Below are positions 13,881-26,314 of a stretch of 64,000 bases of DNA, piece by piece; within the stretch, counting starts at the first letter, position 1, and each line of letters opens with the position of its first letter. Below the pieces are notes generated by a model. That model had not been told where the DNA came from. It searched no databases and saw only the letters and a list, made by a program, of their open reading frames with translations. The position numbers were made by a program, and so were the translations under genes. Where the stretch lies: the NCBI RefSeq assembly GCF_009914755.1, contig NC_060929.1, one strand, 5' to 3'. The stretch is from the human T2T-CHM13v2.0 reference genome, Homo sapiens.

Positions 13881-14651
13881 ACAAATACATAATAATGTAT
13901 ACATATACATATATACATTATATATTGATATTACAGCACACATCACATGGTAGTTTTTCACATTCATTTTCTTGCCTGGGTTTCTTGCTGAGCTGAATAG
14001 AATTCATTCTTCAACCTACATCTAGTGCAATGTCTGTTATCCAGGGGATAGCAAATAGTTTTATTATTAAGGGATAAATCTTGAGATCTAGGAGTGAGTA
14101 AATATGGCATGAATTCTCATTCTCACTGCTGATGAAGAACTGTTAAATTAACCATTCTATGTTCCAGTGTTCTCATCCATTATACTGACATAATCATATT
14201 TATTTTTATTTCCCTAAGACATTCTAAGGCTATAGGGAAAAAATCATGGGACAACACAGTGAGCCTTGAGAACAAAGGCGTTATGTGATTCTGTAAAAAC
14301 AATAAAGCTATTATTTCTGGTCTACTTTTTTCCTTTTGAAATATCTACCCTATTCTAGTCACTTAGGCAGAATCTGAATAAAATACTCTTCCCATTTTAC
14401 TGATTATATTCTCTAAGTAGCATTTTCCTTCTTAGCACATGACTAAAAACTATGCAATGAAAGACAGAGATCTGCCGTATAGACCTATCCTGTTTCAATT
14501 TCTTCTACAGATGTTTCAATACTACTTAGAGTCTCCCAAACCCAGAGGACTAATCCTAAGTCACCCATGATTCCTTTTGCAGCCAAAACGAGAATCAGTC
14601 TCCCTAGAAGCCCACAAAAGAGGTGGCCAAGGGGCCATGAGAAATGCAGCA

Positions 14652-15025
14652 TGAGATGGTTAATTTTATATGACAACTTGGCTGGGCAATGAGATTAAAC
14701 ATTACTGTGGGTAGGTCTGTGAGGGTGTTTCTGGATGAAGTTAATATTTGAATTGCTGCAGTGAACAGAGCAGACTGCGCTCCCCAGCATGGGTGGGCCT
14801 CATCCAGTCCATGGAGGGACTGAATGGAACAAAAGGGCTAAGAAAGAATTTACTGTTTTCCTGCCTGAATGTCTTTGAGCTGGGACATTGGTCCTTTCCT
14901 GCCTTTGGACTCAGACCTGGACTGAAACTTACACCATGAGCTATTCTGGGTCTGCAGTTTGCTGGATACAGATCTTGTTACTTCTCAACATCTTTAATTA
15001 AATGACACAATTCTTTATATTAATT

Positions 15026-15064
<39 letters not shown>

Positions 15065-15112
15065 TGCACGCACTCTAATGCTTCTGTTCCTCTGGGGAGC
15101 CCTGATTAATAC
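14652..15112 (+). mobile_element. MLT2 (C/D-like) ERVL LTR
   Basis: TGGTTAATTTTATATGACAACTTGGCTGGG..GTCTGTGAGGGTGTTTCTGGATGA..GGTGGGCCTCATCCAGTCC. Internal (CT)n(CA)n. Ends CCCTGATTAATAC. Confidence 0.85.
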
Positions 15113-15995
15113 GTGGTGTGTGCAGAACCTCAACATCACTAAAACCCTCATGGTGACCACAGCTTCCTACCCTGGTGTCCAACTCCAGCATCAGGGATTT
15201 TCCTACAGTAGGTACAAATTAATAAGAATTAAAAGGCCTTTTGTAACCCATAACCTGATTGCCGGGCCACATATTCATGACTGAAAACATCCACCCTGTT
15301 AAGTGTCTTCTCACAAAGGTGATGAAGATCAGGATGGCAGAGAAACTGTAATCATAGAGGTAGAAACAGAGGACATATCTGAAAAAAAAATGCACGCATT
15401 AAACAATGTGGGATGAGTCTGAGGAGGGTTGAAGTGGAGAAGTGTAAACCCATATAAGCCATTTAGAAAAGCAATGCTAGGCACCGCCTTCTTGCCACTG
15501 CCTTAACCACATTCAGGCACCTCTTCTTTCAGAAGCATTGCTGGAGTGTGATCAGCTCTCCAGTCCACAGCTTCTTCTGGGTTGGAATGGTGAGAACAGA
15601 TACCAGGTCTAAAGCCAAGCTTGGAATAGGAATTAGACAAATTCAAAGAACTAAGAATGTCAATATGAACTTTTCACGACACTTTGGAATAGAAAGTAAG
15701 TCATGTACAGACTTATTGTGCTCTGCAGTGGTGGCATCATGGGGAAGCTGCTCCCTTCCCCTTGGGAGGATCTGGGCCATCCTCTACCTCCAGTCTATGG
15801 CACTGCTGAGCCTTGAGGCATCCATTTGCAATTTCTGTGTTTCATGGGTATTCTCCCACCTAGTGCATGATACTTATAAATGGAGAGGTACAGAGAGTTG
15901 TGTAGCCCAATTGTAAGCATAGGAATATTGGTGTAAAACAGAAGGTATAAAGAAATAAAGCCTCTTTCTGTCTCCAGTAATTGCGATTTAACTAC

Positions 15996-16276
15996 TTTCT
16001 TTTTTTGAGACAGGGTCTTGCTCTGTCACCCAGGCTGGAGTGCAATAGCGCAATTGTAGCCTCAACCTCCTGAGCTCAAGTGTTCCTCCTACCTCAGCCT
16101 CCTGAGTAGCTGGGACTACAGGTGCATGCCACCATGCTTGGCTATTTTTTTTTTTTTGTAGAGACAGGGTCTTGCTGTGTTGACCAGGTTGCTCTTGAAC
16201 TCATAGCCTCAAGCAATCCTCCTGCCTCAGCCTCCCAAAGTGATGGAATTACAAGTATGAACCACTGCACCTCACC
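15996..16276 (-). mobile_element. AluJ
   Basis: GAGACAGGGTCTTGCTCTGTCACCCAGGCTGG..CTCAAGCAATCCTCCTGCC (J diagnostics). Flanks TAACTACT / TAACTATT. Confidence 0.92.
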
Positions 16277-16542
16277 TAACTATTAATACTTCCTTGATAG
16301 AAAGAAGTTGAAAAGATAGCTCTTGCTAAAAGAATGAGAGAAAGGGTCTATAGCTGTAAAATCTAACTCTAACAGCAAACTTCATTAGATGAAACCAGGC
16401 TTCTCATGAGTCTGAGAATGATAGTAGCTGAAAGTGAGCCCAGAACTGTGATTCTATATTGAATGTGGCAGCTCAGATCATGGTGTGCCAAAAGATTCTT
16501 GGCGTCAGAGGTGTTCAGGGTGGGTTCCATACAAGCACCATA

Positions 16543-16569
16543 AAATAATAATAATAATAATAATAATAA
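16543..16569. repeat. (AAT)n microsatellite
   Basis: About 9 AAT units. Confidence 0.9.
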
Positions 16570-17119
16570 ATCAGTGATTTTAAACCTGACAGTGGTACTT
16601 GGCTTGGGATCAGAATAATCCTGATGAGTGTCCCAACTATGTGAAGAGAACCTCAGGGCATAGCTGGACAAAGTACACAGGTCAAGAGAAAGCTGAGCTG
16701 CTCTGCAGTCCAGAGCATGGGGAGTCTGGGAGGAAGTCTGGTGATGAAGAGGGGCAGGAAAACAGAGACGTGGCCAACTAGAGGAGGCTCCTCAGAGGCT
16801 GCTGGGATGAGGAGTGACAAAAGACCTGCAGCAGTGGCAAGCTAAGTGAGAAGGGATAAATGTCCCACGGAAGTCACTTGGTATGGTAATGGCAAAAGAT
16901 CTCTGAATGCAACAAGGTTTAGTGCTCATTCTTAAGAAGTTTTGTGTATTGTCCTAGATATTGAACATTGCTGCTGCTCCCAAAACATTCCTACTAACAA
17001 ACATCTTACATATGGACTGTTTGAGGTATTGAGATAAAAGAGAATGACTTCTGTTTTGAGGACTGTGTGAGGAGTAGAGAAGAGACCAGGTGCCTTGAGA
17101 AATACAGAAGGGAGATGAG

Positions 17120-17834
17120 AAGGAAGGAGGCCTGAGTTTCTCAAACCCTGCACATTCCCCAGAAATGACTATTTTCAGGACTGACCGTTGGCTAGTTCTT
17201 GGGAAGCAAATGCTGAGTTTTGGAATGTTCTGCCTGGGAAGAGTGTTTTTGTACGGCTGAGGCCTTACGCCACATGGCACCGGTTGAACAGCTTGTTAAT
17301 GCTAGCAATGTGATTTATGTTGAATGCCTAATTCTGCTCTGGAGAACTGGAATCTGAGTATCTGAGTTCAGCCATATAAATGCTTCAGGTCTGCAGGACT
17401 GGCTCCCAACAAGAACCCTGGACACAAAGGCTCAGGTGAGCTTCCTAGACACCAATACTCAGGTGAGCTGTATGGAAACTAACGCTCAGGTGAGCTTCCT
17501 GGACTCCAAGGCCCAGGTGGGCTTCCTGGACTCCAAGGTGCAGGTGAGCTTCCTGGGCTCCAAGGCCAGGTAATGTTCCTGGACACTCAGGCTCAGGTAA
17601 GCTTCTGTGGTTGGCAACACTTCGCATATGCTGTTGCACAATGTTAGGAGAATTAAGCATGTGCATGAGACTCCACTGTAAGAGGATGCCTGGAAACTCT
17701 ATTCCTTTGCTGAAATAATTCCTATTCCTTTGCTGTAATAAACTGTAACTGTAAGTATAATAGCTTTTCTGAATCTTGTAGGTCTTTCCAATATATCATA
17801 GAAGCTGAGGATGGTCTTGTGACCCCCTAACACA
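17120..17834 (+). mobile_element. MER21C-like LTR
   Basis: GGTTGGCAACAC..GGAGAATTAAGC..GACTCCACTG..GCTGTAATAAAC..GGTCTTGTGACCCCCTAACACA match MER21. The 5' boundary is approximate. Confidence 0.8.
17417..17604 (+). repeat. 27-bp minisatellite, 7 copies, inside MER21C
   Basis: Unit ~CCTGGACACCAAGGCTCAGGTGAGCTT starting at 17417, 17444, 17471, 17498, 17525, 17552 (26 bp) and 17578. Confidence 0.93.
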
Positions 17835-19647
17835 GAGAGGGAGAAGTCAACAGGTGCAGGATAACAGCTTAAGGAAAAGAAAACAGGGAAAGGCCGATTC
17901 CTGCAAATCCTATGGGGTAACTGTAAAGAGAAATGATTTCCACTGTCTGGAAGTTTAAGTCTTTATTTTCCAAAATAAAAATGGAGAATCTTATACAAAA
18001 GATAATAGGAGCAGAAATAATTTTATGTGTTCTTTCCTCCTTTTCTGGTCTAGATTTGTCTTCATTTATCAACTTTAAGTGTTATCTTACCATGTTATGT
18101 TGAATCAATTTTTGTTAGCTGTGTTACATTATTTTTGTAAAAAGGTTGGGGGTGCAATCATTAGTCAATTTTTCAAAATAATATCTTGCCAATGGCCCTT
18201 TTGACCCAAATCAGGTAAATATGACCTAAGAATATGTAACTCAATTTTGTCATATATGCCCACCACCACAGCATGCTTCCAAGAATCCCAAAAATCCCAC
18301 TGTCATAGAAAGACAGCAACTTCAGCTCTCTCTGGTATCTTATTTTTCTTTCCAGCTTAAAAGTGAATTGGGTTTACTACCCACACGAGTGGATTTACCC
18401 ACTTCTTAGTCCCTGATGATTGCATATGCCATAGTCACACTTGAACTGTTCTGCTCAGTCTCTTCATATCTAAATAAGGGCAGACATGTGGATTCTGGAG
18501 TGGGCTGCACTGCTTGACCCACTGCAGATTGAAGGAACTTCTCCGTGGATCCATGGCCTCTCTTTGACTGACAGACAAATAGAGAACAAATGTACAACCA
18601 GCAGTTCTTAAGAGGTTTTTTTCCAATTATAGCATATTTTAATATGTCTGTGCTTTATGAATCATTCCTTTGAAGTCATCCTAGTGTTTTGTTTTGTTGG
18701 GTGTTTTTTAATAAATTGATGACTATAAGCTAGTATTTATATGATTTAACAAATCTATTTTGTGTCTATTTGCTTTTTTGTTGAGCACACTGTTTAGTCT
18801 GAGAATCCACAAGCACAAACTGTTACATCAGGATAAAAGCTCCTTACAACCTGGCCTGGTGTTGGGAAGTGCCTCATAATGCTTGACTCATTAATGCAGT
18901 CTATAAATGATTGTCGAGAGTTTTACAGATGGTGCATATTTTTACCAGCCTCCCCTTTCTAGGTACACTAACTAATGTGAACTTATTATTTTCTGCCAGC
19001 TAAGCACACAGCCTTGGTTGGTTCCAGGTGAGAAAGTAGTTGGTGATTCAGTGGGGCCTCACTGTAGATCAAAGGCAGATTCTCCACTGGGAAAATATGT
19101 GTTGTTTGCAAAAGCTCCAGAAAAATCAAGACAATTCTCACAGAAACAGAGCATTGTTTACAAATACATTCCAGAAATATGTGAGCTAGGTCGGACTTTT
19201 TAAAAATATTTTTTTCAGTAGAATACTTTTAAAACTTCAGTGGGCCTCTCAGACATCTATCCTGCTTTGCCAAGCCAAATATGAGGCTTTCCGTGCAATC
19301 CTGCTGCCCTGCAGGGGCTTTTCCATGCACCCCTGCAGTAAAATTTAAATTTGTTCTCTTTTTGCTCTCTCCTTTAATTGCAAGAATAAAATTACTCAAG
19401 AATAAGTTATGCAAGTTGGTGACAGCTACTTCTGTCAGGGACTATGCCCTACATTCTCTTACAGTAGATACTTATTGAACTTGGTTGATTTAGCAATGAC
19501 CACATGGCTGAAAGAGACGCTAAGTGTCATTCAGCCCACATTTCTGAACTTATAACTAAAGAAACCAGAACAAAAGTTGACTGAGTCTTTTGCACAAGAG
19601 TATGCTGTTTGTGAGGATGAGGGATGAGGTTCAAATTAAAACTAGGT

Positions 19648-20780
19648 GTGTCAGGCTGCCTAGCTGTTCACTGATCCTGCCATTTTCTTCCTGAGCACAC
19701 AGTGACATGGCGTTTTATGGGTCCCTGGAAGTGAGATGTGACCTGTAAGGCACATGGATGTGCCTTGGTCAGGAATAGGCCGAGGCGAACATCCAGGCCA
19801 GAGTGACTCAGTGAGTTTAGGGTGCAGGCACATACTCCACTTGTTATATAACCTGTTTGTGTAACTCCATACTTGGATCTGAGCCACTATTGTCTGAAAA
19901 AGTTATAACTGCCCTGCTGACACTGTACGGGGTTGGCTTGCACTTGTGGGTCTTGAAAGAAGAGGGTCTGGTTTGGGGCGCATCTGGTTCACTCCAGTAC
20001 CTGCCCCATGCTGGTGGTAAATGTTGCTAAGATGAGTAGAAAAGAGAATTCCAAAGTGGGTATAGCATTTATAAAAATTGACTCCCTCTCATTGGACAGA
20101 TGACTCTCTCTGTACAGCGCCCAGAAAGAGAGTAGTGCTACTGAACCCGTAAGGGAGATCCAGTTGCCTTGAAGACAGGCAGTGGGGAGCCAGGAACTGG
20201 CTTGGGCCCAGAGAGAAAAAGAGTTAAGCTGCTGACCCTGAAGGCAAGAAAGACCCAGCTGTGCCACTGTGTGTGGGAGCAGCTGGAGCAAGCAACCAAG
20301 ACAGATCAGACAGTGAGAGAAAGCTGCTGTTAAGAGAGCTGCTGCTAAAAGAGCCGGTGAATAAAACCATATTCACCTGCTTACAGCCCCCCGAGTGTTC
20401 TCTCAGCTATCTGCCCATCCACCCACTCCCCTTCATACCTCAGGTGGGGCTAAACCTGACCCTGAGCATGACATTTGGCATAGTTGTGGACCTAACATAC
20501 CACATAATTGACTGAGCTCAAGCCAGTGGATGTGAACATAGGTAATACACAATTCTTCGTGTTCTTCAAAGACTCACCCACGAGACCTCTCCAGCCAAGA
20601 TTTCATGTTCTTCCTTTATCTGCTGACTTACTGCAGACAAGCAAACCACCTTGGAAGTCACGAGCTATTACAAGATGAGAGGAGCAAATATCTCCAGTCA
20701 CTGAGTAGGGAAAAGCTACCCACACACCAGGAACATATTTTGGATTTTACATGAGAGAACAAGTAATAAACATCTATGCA
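19648..20780 (+). mobile_element. MLT1 (H/I/J-like) LTR, interrupted by LTR18
   Basis: GGAAGTGAGATGTGACC|..|ACATAATTGACTGAGCTCAAGCCAGTGGATGTGA rejoins an MLT1-like motif. 3' part TGGATTTTACATGAGAGAAC..AATAAA. Confidence 0.6.
19744..20497 (+). mobile_element. LTR18 (A/B/C) ERVL solo LTR carrying a 157-bp foreign insert
   Basis: TGTAAGGCACATGGATGTGCCTTGGTCAGGAATAGGCCGAGG..GAATAAAACCATATTCACC..GGACCTAACA. TG..CA termini. Confidence 0.85.
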
Positions 20781-21719
20781 AAAATAAGCTACCACCTATG
20801 AATTCAAAAGACAACAACTACAATAAACAGAGTATAATAAATGAGCTGCACTGAAAAAGCAAAACACAAATAAGCCAGTATTGGCTTTAGATGTTACTGT
20901 GTAGTTATAAGAAGGTTTTAGTGTTGCTGTAGTTGTTACTTGAAGGGTGGTATTGGGATTTATTGCTTTCATACCTCATGGGTGACTTAAAACAGCCAAC
21001 TGGCTGTCATACACAAATGCAGACTTTTTTTTAATTTAAAAATCCATGTTTCCAACAGTTGTGCAAAGTGGATCTGATATAGTTGGAAGCAAAAGAGTTT
21101 TAGCATAGCCAGCTTCCAACTAGCGTCTGTGTTGAATACACACAGTGGTGATTCCTGCGAAAGCAGAAGGGGCTCAGAAGGAGTTTGTAGATGCAGGTAT
21201 GTTTGGGGCAACAGAGATACCTTCAATCTCCCTTGGTTTTCAACACTTTTGCATAAAATTGTTTCTGTTTTCTGAATGCCCAAGCCTACTTCTTTTGATA
21301 AAAATAGTTTTGTTTTTATTATTATTACATAAAATAAGTAAGCAAATAATCTCAAAATAAAGTATGTTGTGTTTCCAATAGTAACAATTTAGCCTGCCAT
21401 ATATAGTTATTTCTAAGGTTCTCAAGACATTTGAGAATTGCATGCACTTAATAATAAAATAACATCTAAACTGTAAGCATTCTGAGATACACCCCTGGCC
21501 CTTTTACTTGCTTTTTGTTGGAAGGCAGTTATTGCAAGACTAATTTTCTTAATCTGTCCAATGAGAGGGAGTCAATTTTTACAAATGCTATACCCACTGG
21601 GAATTCTCTTTCTACTTATCTTAGCAACATCTACCACCAGCTGAAGCATGTGTAAGTGGCAGGAACTGGAGTGAACCAGATGCTGCCTGAACCCAGACCC
21701 TCTTCTTTCAAGACCCACA

Positions 21720-22035
21720 TCAAGAGGCCATTTCTCATGGTCCCTACAAGTAGACACTGCCAGTGACCTAGTGACACTCAGCACTTCCAGGCCCATGCAG
21801 GGAGCCTTCCACATGATTGAATCTTTCCCTATCCCCTCCCAGGATTGAATGCAGAATTCTCTGAGCAACCGAAAAAGGGCACAGTCCTTGCTGGAGGGGG
21901 CTGGGAACCTGAGTGAGCACATGGAAGGCGTGCCAATGAAAACACCTGGTATTGGACTAGAGTGTGAAGGAGAAATAAGCTTCTGTTGTGTTAGGCCAGT
22001 GACAGTTGGGGGTTTATGTGTTAAATGACCTTATG
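21720..22035 (+). mobile_element. MLT1 (old) LTR fragment
   Basis: GAAATAAGCTTCTGTTGTGTTAGGCCAGTGACAGTTGGGGGTTTATGTGTTA is a typical MLT1 3' end. Confidence 0.6.
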
Positions 22036-22217
22036 TTACCTTTGTGCAAACGGACATCTCTTTTAAGTTTTTCAAACTAAAATATATTTGAGGCGTTCAA
22101 GGGTAAAACTTCAGTTCCCTCTCCTTAACCTGAAACTTACGCATTGCTCACTTCATGAGCCTACACTGACAATGGCTGATGACTGCTTTATAGAAGCTTA
22201 GGCTATGGGTTCAAAGT

Positions 22218-22477
22218 CAGGGCTTCTTAGCCTTGACACTATTAATATTTTAGGCCAAATAATCCTTTGTTGTGTGTGTGTGTATGTGTGTATGTGTGTG
22301 TGTGTATGTGTGTGTGTGTTTGTGGGGGGAGCTACCCGTTCAGTGTAGGATGTTTACCAATGTCCCTGCCCTCTGCCCATTAGATGCCAGTAACGTCTCC
22401 CCAGCTGTGACAACCAAACATATCTCATTGTCAAATAGCTCCTTAGGGGCAAAATTGCCTCCACTTTGAGAATTATT
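22218..22477 (+). mobile_element. MER20 DNA transposon with internal (TG)n
   Basis: GACACTATTAATATTTTAGGCCAAATAATCCTTTGTTGTG..TGTAGGATGTTTA..TAGATGCCAGTA..TGTGACAACCAAA..GGGGCAAAATTGCC. Confidence 0.88.
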
Positions 22478-22922
22478 AAAGATCATCAAAGCTGGACAAT
22501 AGTTAAAGAGGCAAAAACCAGATTGTATTTAGGAGTTGCTGCAATAAGAGACCTCAGTATAGTACTGAGGTACTGAGCTCAAGTGGAGATTTAGAGTCAA
22601 GGACCAGAGTGGGGATCAGTGGATAGAAAAATCACTAAGGGGAAACATCAGGGACAGAAGGGATTCTGGTTAAACCAAATTCCCAGGATTCCTGTGGAAG
22701 GCAGGCCAGGATGATCTGACATCACCTGTTAGTGGTGAGCATGGGTTTGATCAAATATTGAGGGAGAACAGTCTGGCCAAATTTACTTAACAAAATTCTT
22801 ACTAAATCTAGGGAATGCAAGTGCATGAAGGACAGACACAGAAGCCCAAGGTTGAAGTCTAGTTGAGAAGCAGACTTAGGCAAGCCTGACAAAAATTTGG
22901 CCAAGGATAAGGTCTTTGTTGA
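22478..22922 (-). mobile_element. MER31 (ERV1) LTR
   Basis: Minus strand begins ACAAAGACCTTATCCTTGGCCAAATTTTTGTCAGGCT..CTTCTCAACTAG, as in MER31. Confidence 0.75.
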
Positions 22923-23785
22923 ATCAATTACCTGACTCAGAAGAACAGCAAGTTAACAGAAACACATAACTATTTAGTCACTTTACAAAACATTAGAATC
23001 ACACAACCTTAAAGACTGATGGGAACTTAGAAATTCTCTAACACCAGCTGCCATACAGCCCAGACATTTCTACATTCGGTCTTTGCTGGCATCCAGAGTT
23101 ACGGAGTGCTAGGGAGCTAACACTCATTTACCTGTGGATGGCAGGACTTTCTAGAAACAAACCAAGTCACAAGGGCACATTAAATTCTAAAAGAGAAGTG
23201 AGGGACATCTTGTGTATGCCACAGATGGCATTGGTTAAAGTTGTTGCTTATGTTAGCTTTGACTAAATGCCCATAAACCACTTTCTTAATTTCTAATGCA
23301 TTGGTGTTGCTGTTTTTACTAAGGCATCATGAGATTATAATCAACATGTAATTTAACAGTAAATCAGTTATCTGGGTGACAGATAAATTGGATGTTAAGT
23401 AGATACTTCATTTCCTACAGTGTATTGTGCTGTACTTAATATTTTATACAGAGAATACAGTTTAATTTTAATTTCAAAGTTTATTCATTTTTGACTGAAT
23501 GCCCACATTACACTTTCTCATATTCCTGCTCTTTATACTCTAGGGTAAAATAATAGCTTTTATCTCATCTACTCCAAACATACCTCTTCCCACACACTAT
23601 TGAACATATGTACCTGATGAAAGACATGTGGTTACTTCAAATATTGAAAAACACACATAATTTATTTTCAGTGCATTCTTTTTTGATATTTTTAACCTGC
23701 CAATACTTCAAGAAAAACAGAAATATCAAAATACTTAAATTTCCCTTTGCATTGTATGCACATGCACAGTTTGTATGTATACACA

Positions 23786-23787
<2 letters not shown>

Positions 23788-23822
<35 letters not shown>
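23788..23822. repeat. (CA)n microsatellite
   Basis: About 17 CA units. Confidence 0.95.
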
Positions 23823-23824
<2 letters not shown>

Positions 23825-24629
23825 GTATTTGCATATATATGCATAGTCAGCAGTTAGCATCCAAGTAGGATTATGCTAGAAATCTTTAAGCTCACAATCT
23901 GCATTAGACAGCACATCAAAGGCTGGACTTTGGCTCTCAGCAGATTTTGATAGTCTACAAAAGAGTAGGGGCCATTGCTGTAGGGGCAGGTGTTGATTTG
24001 TGAAAGGAGATTTGATCTAAGAAATGCCTTACTCAATTTCCCTAGGAAACCTAAGGAGGTGTTTGCAACCATATCTTGCCTTAAAACGGTCTTAACACAT
24101 GAACCTGTACAGTTTACAGTATAATTTATACGAAGTGTAAGTCTTGAAATGCTTGAATGGTGGATAGACCCATTGACCATGTTAATCCAGGAGCTTCTTG
24201 TACCATATGGCACCTCTATAATCAAGCATGTTCTTAGCAATGTTAGGTCACTAAAAAGATTCAGTTTATGGATGACCCCGAATTTGGGTTGATATTTGCA
24301 GCTATCACTGAAACAATAAGAAGTGTGAAAATGGACTAAGACAAGATACATCCATGTAACCAACAGCCAATCAAGATACAGATGTTGGAAATATTTTCAA
24401 ACTATTTTTAGAAATGTTTTCAGTATTTACTTTGTGCCGCTTACAACTTATTATGGAGTCAAAGAACCAAACTAGTTTGCTTTATCTTCAGAGAAAAAGT
24501 GAATTTTGTTTGAAATTATGCTTTCAAGATACATATGGACAGAATTCAAACTTGAAGAACTTGGTTTTTGTTGCATTAATTTTGTTTTCTTTGTGGAGTC
24601 AGCAGACCTCTCTGCATGTACCCTTTGCT

Positions 24630-26312
24630 TAGCAGCTTTATTAGAATATAATTCATGCACCACAAAGCTCACCATTTCAAAGAGTACGATTCAGTGGTGA
24701 TGAGTATATTCACAGAGTTGCGCAACCATCACCGTATCTAATTCCAGAATGCTTTCATCATCTCACAGAGAAACTCCATTCTCACTAACAATCATTCCCA
24801 ATTCCTCGCTTTCTTTAGCCCCTGGGAACCAGTAATGTACAATACTTTCTGCCTCTGAGGATTTGCCTAAGTAGGCTATTTCAAATAAATGGAACCACAT
24901 AATATGTGATCTTTTGTGTCTGGCCTCTTTCACTTAGCATAATGTTTTCAAGGTTCAGCTACATTATATCATGTATCAGCACTTCATTTTTTAATGGCCA
25001 ATTATTATTCCATTATACAGACATCCCACATAGTGCTCATGCATTCATCACATGGTAGAAATTTTTACAGTTTCCACTTTCTAGCTATTATGAGTAATGC
25101 TGCAAAGAACATTCATGTTCAAGTTTTTGTATGAATACATATTTTCAATTGTCTTAAGCAGGTAAGTAGAAGTGGTATTTCTGTAGTACAGGGTAATGAC
25201 ATAATTAACTTTCTGAAGCATTGTCATACCATTTACCTGCTTCACTACTTCACCATCTTACATCCATACCAGCAATGCTTGAGAGTTCAAATATCCCGTA
25301 TTTTCCAACACTTCCTTGTGTTCATCTTCTGATTGTCATCATATCACTGTGGGTTTCATTTGCATTTCCTAGTGTCTAATGATGTCGAGCACAGTTTTAA
25401 ATGCTTATTCACTCTTTTATATTTTTTTGCTGAAGTATCTATTCAGATCCTTTGAATGATTTTAAATTGGCTATTTTTAGTATCAAATTGTAAAAACATA
25501 AATGCAAAATAAAATTTTTATTAGAAATGTGATTTGCAGATATTTTCTCCCTTGCTGTGGCGTATCTTCTCACTTTCTTGATGATTTCCACTGAGGCACA
25601 AACATTTTAAATTTTGGTGAAGTTTAAGTTATCTATTTTTTATTTTGTTGCTTGGGATTTGGAGCATATTCAGAAAATCATTGCCTAAGCCAAAATCACA
25701 AAGATTTATGCCTATGCGTTCTTCTAGCAGTTTTATACTTCTAGCTTGTACTTTAGCTCTGTTATCCATTTGAGTTTTTTTATATGATACAAGATGATGG
25801 GAGTCCAAATTCATTCTTTCTCATGTGAATATGTAGTTTTCTAAGCATCATTTGCTGAAAAGTTTATTCCTTTCACTGAATAGTCTTAGGACCCTCATGG
25901 AAAATTAATTGACCAAAAATGTTTGAGTTTATTTCTGTACTTTTAATTATATTAAAATTTAATCGACTTAAAATTTAATTTTTTCTCTCAGTCTCAAAAT
26001 TGTAGAAATTAAAATAGAATATATATAAATACATATATATATATATATATATATATATGTATTTATATCTGGAGGACTTTATCACCTTATGCCAGTACCA
26101 CACATTCCTGAATACTATAAACTGTACTAAGTTTTGCAATCAAAACGTGTGAATTTTCCATCTTTGTTCTTTTCAAGATTGTTTTGGCTATTCCGGGTCC
26201 CTTAAATTTCTCTAAGAATCTTAAGATCAGCTTATTAATTTCCACACATAACTATCTGGAATTTTGATGGAGGCATGTTAAATTCATAGATGAATTTAGG
26301 AAGTGTTGTCAT
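24630..26312 (-). mobile_element. L1MB (7/8-like) 3'UTR and ORF2 C-terminus
   Basis: CAGCTTTATTAGAATATAATTCA..TATATTCACAGAGTTGCGCAACCATCACC. Peptide SIKLLEERIGINLCDFGLGNDFL. Contains (TA)n at ~26020-26067. Confidence 0.85.
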
Positions 26313-26314
26313 TT

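Noticed and set aside
17417-17604. CRISPR-like array, and the 73-aa ORF with QEAHL repeats
   Set aside because: The units are contiguous with no unique spacers, and the context is a eukaryotic LTR. The ORF is the antisense reading of the minisatellite.
22551-22571. Hairpin ACCTCAGTA-TAG-TACTGAGGT
   Set aside because: Lies within the MER31 LTR and is explained by a small local duplication (TACTGAGG TACTGAGC). Too short to be an RNA gene.
23854-24363. 169-aa minus-strand ORF
   Set aside because: Non-ATG start and no recognisable domain. Not supportable as a CDS without a homology search.
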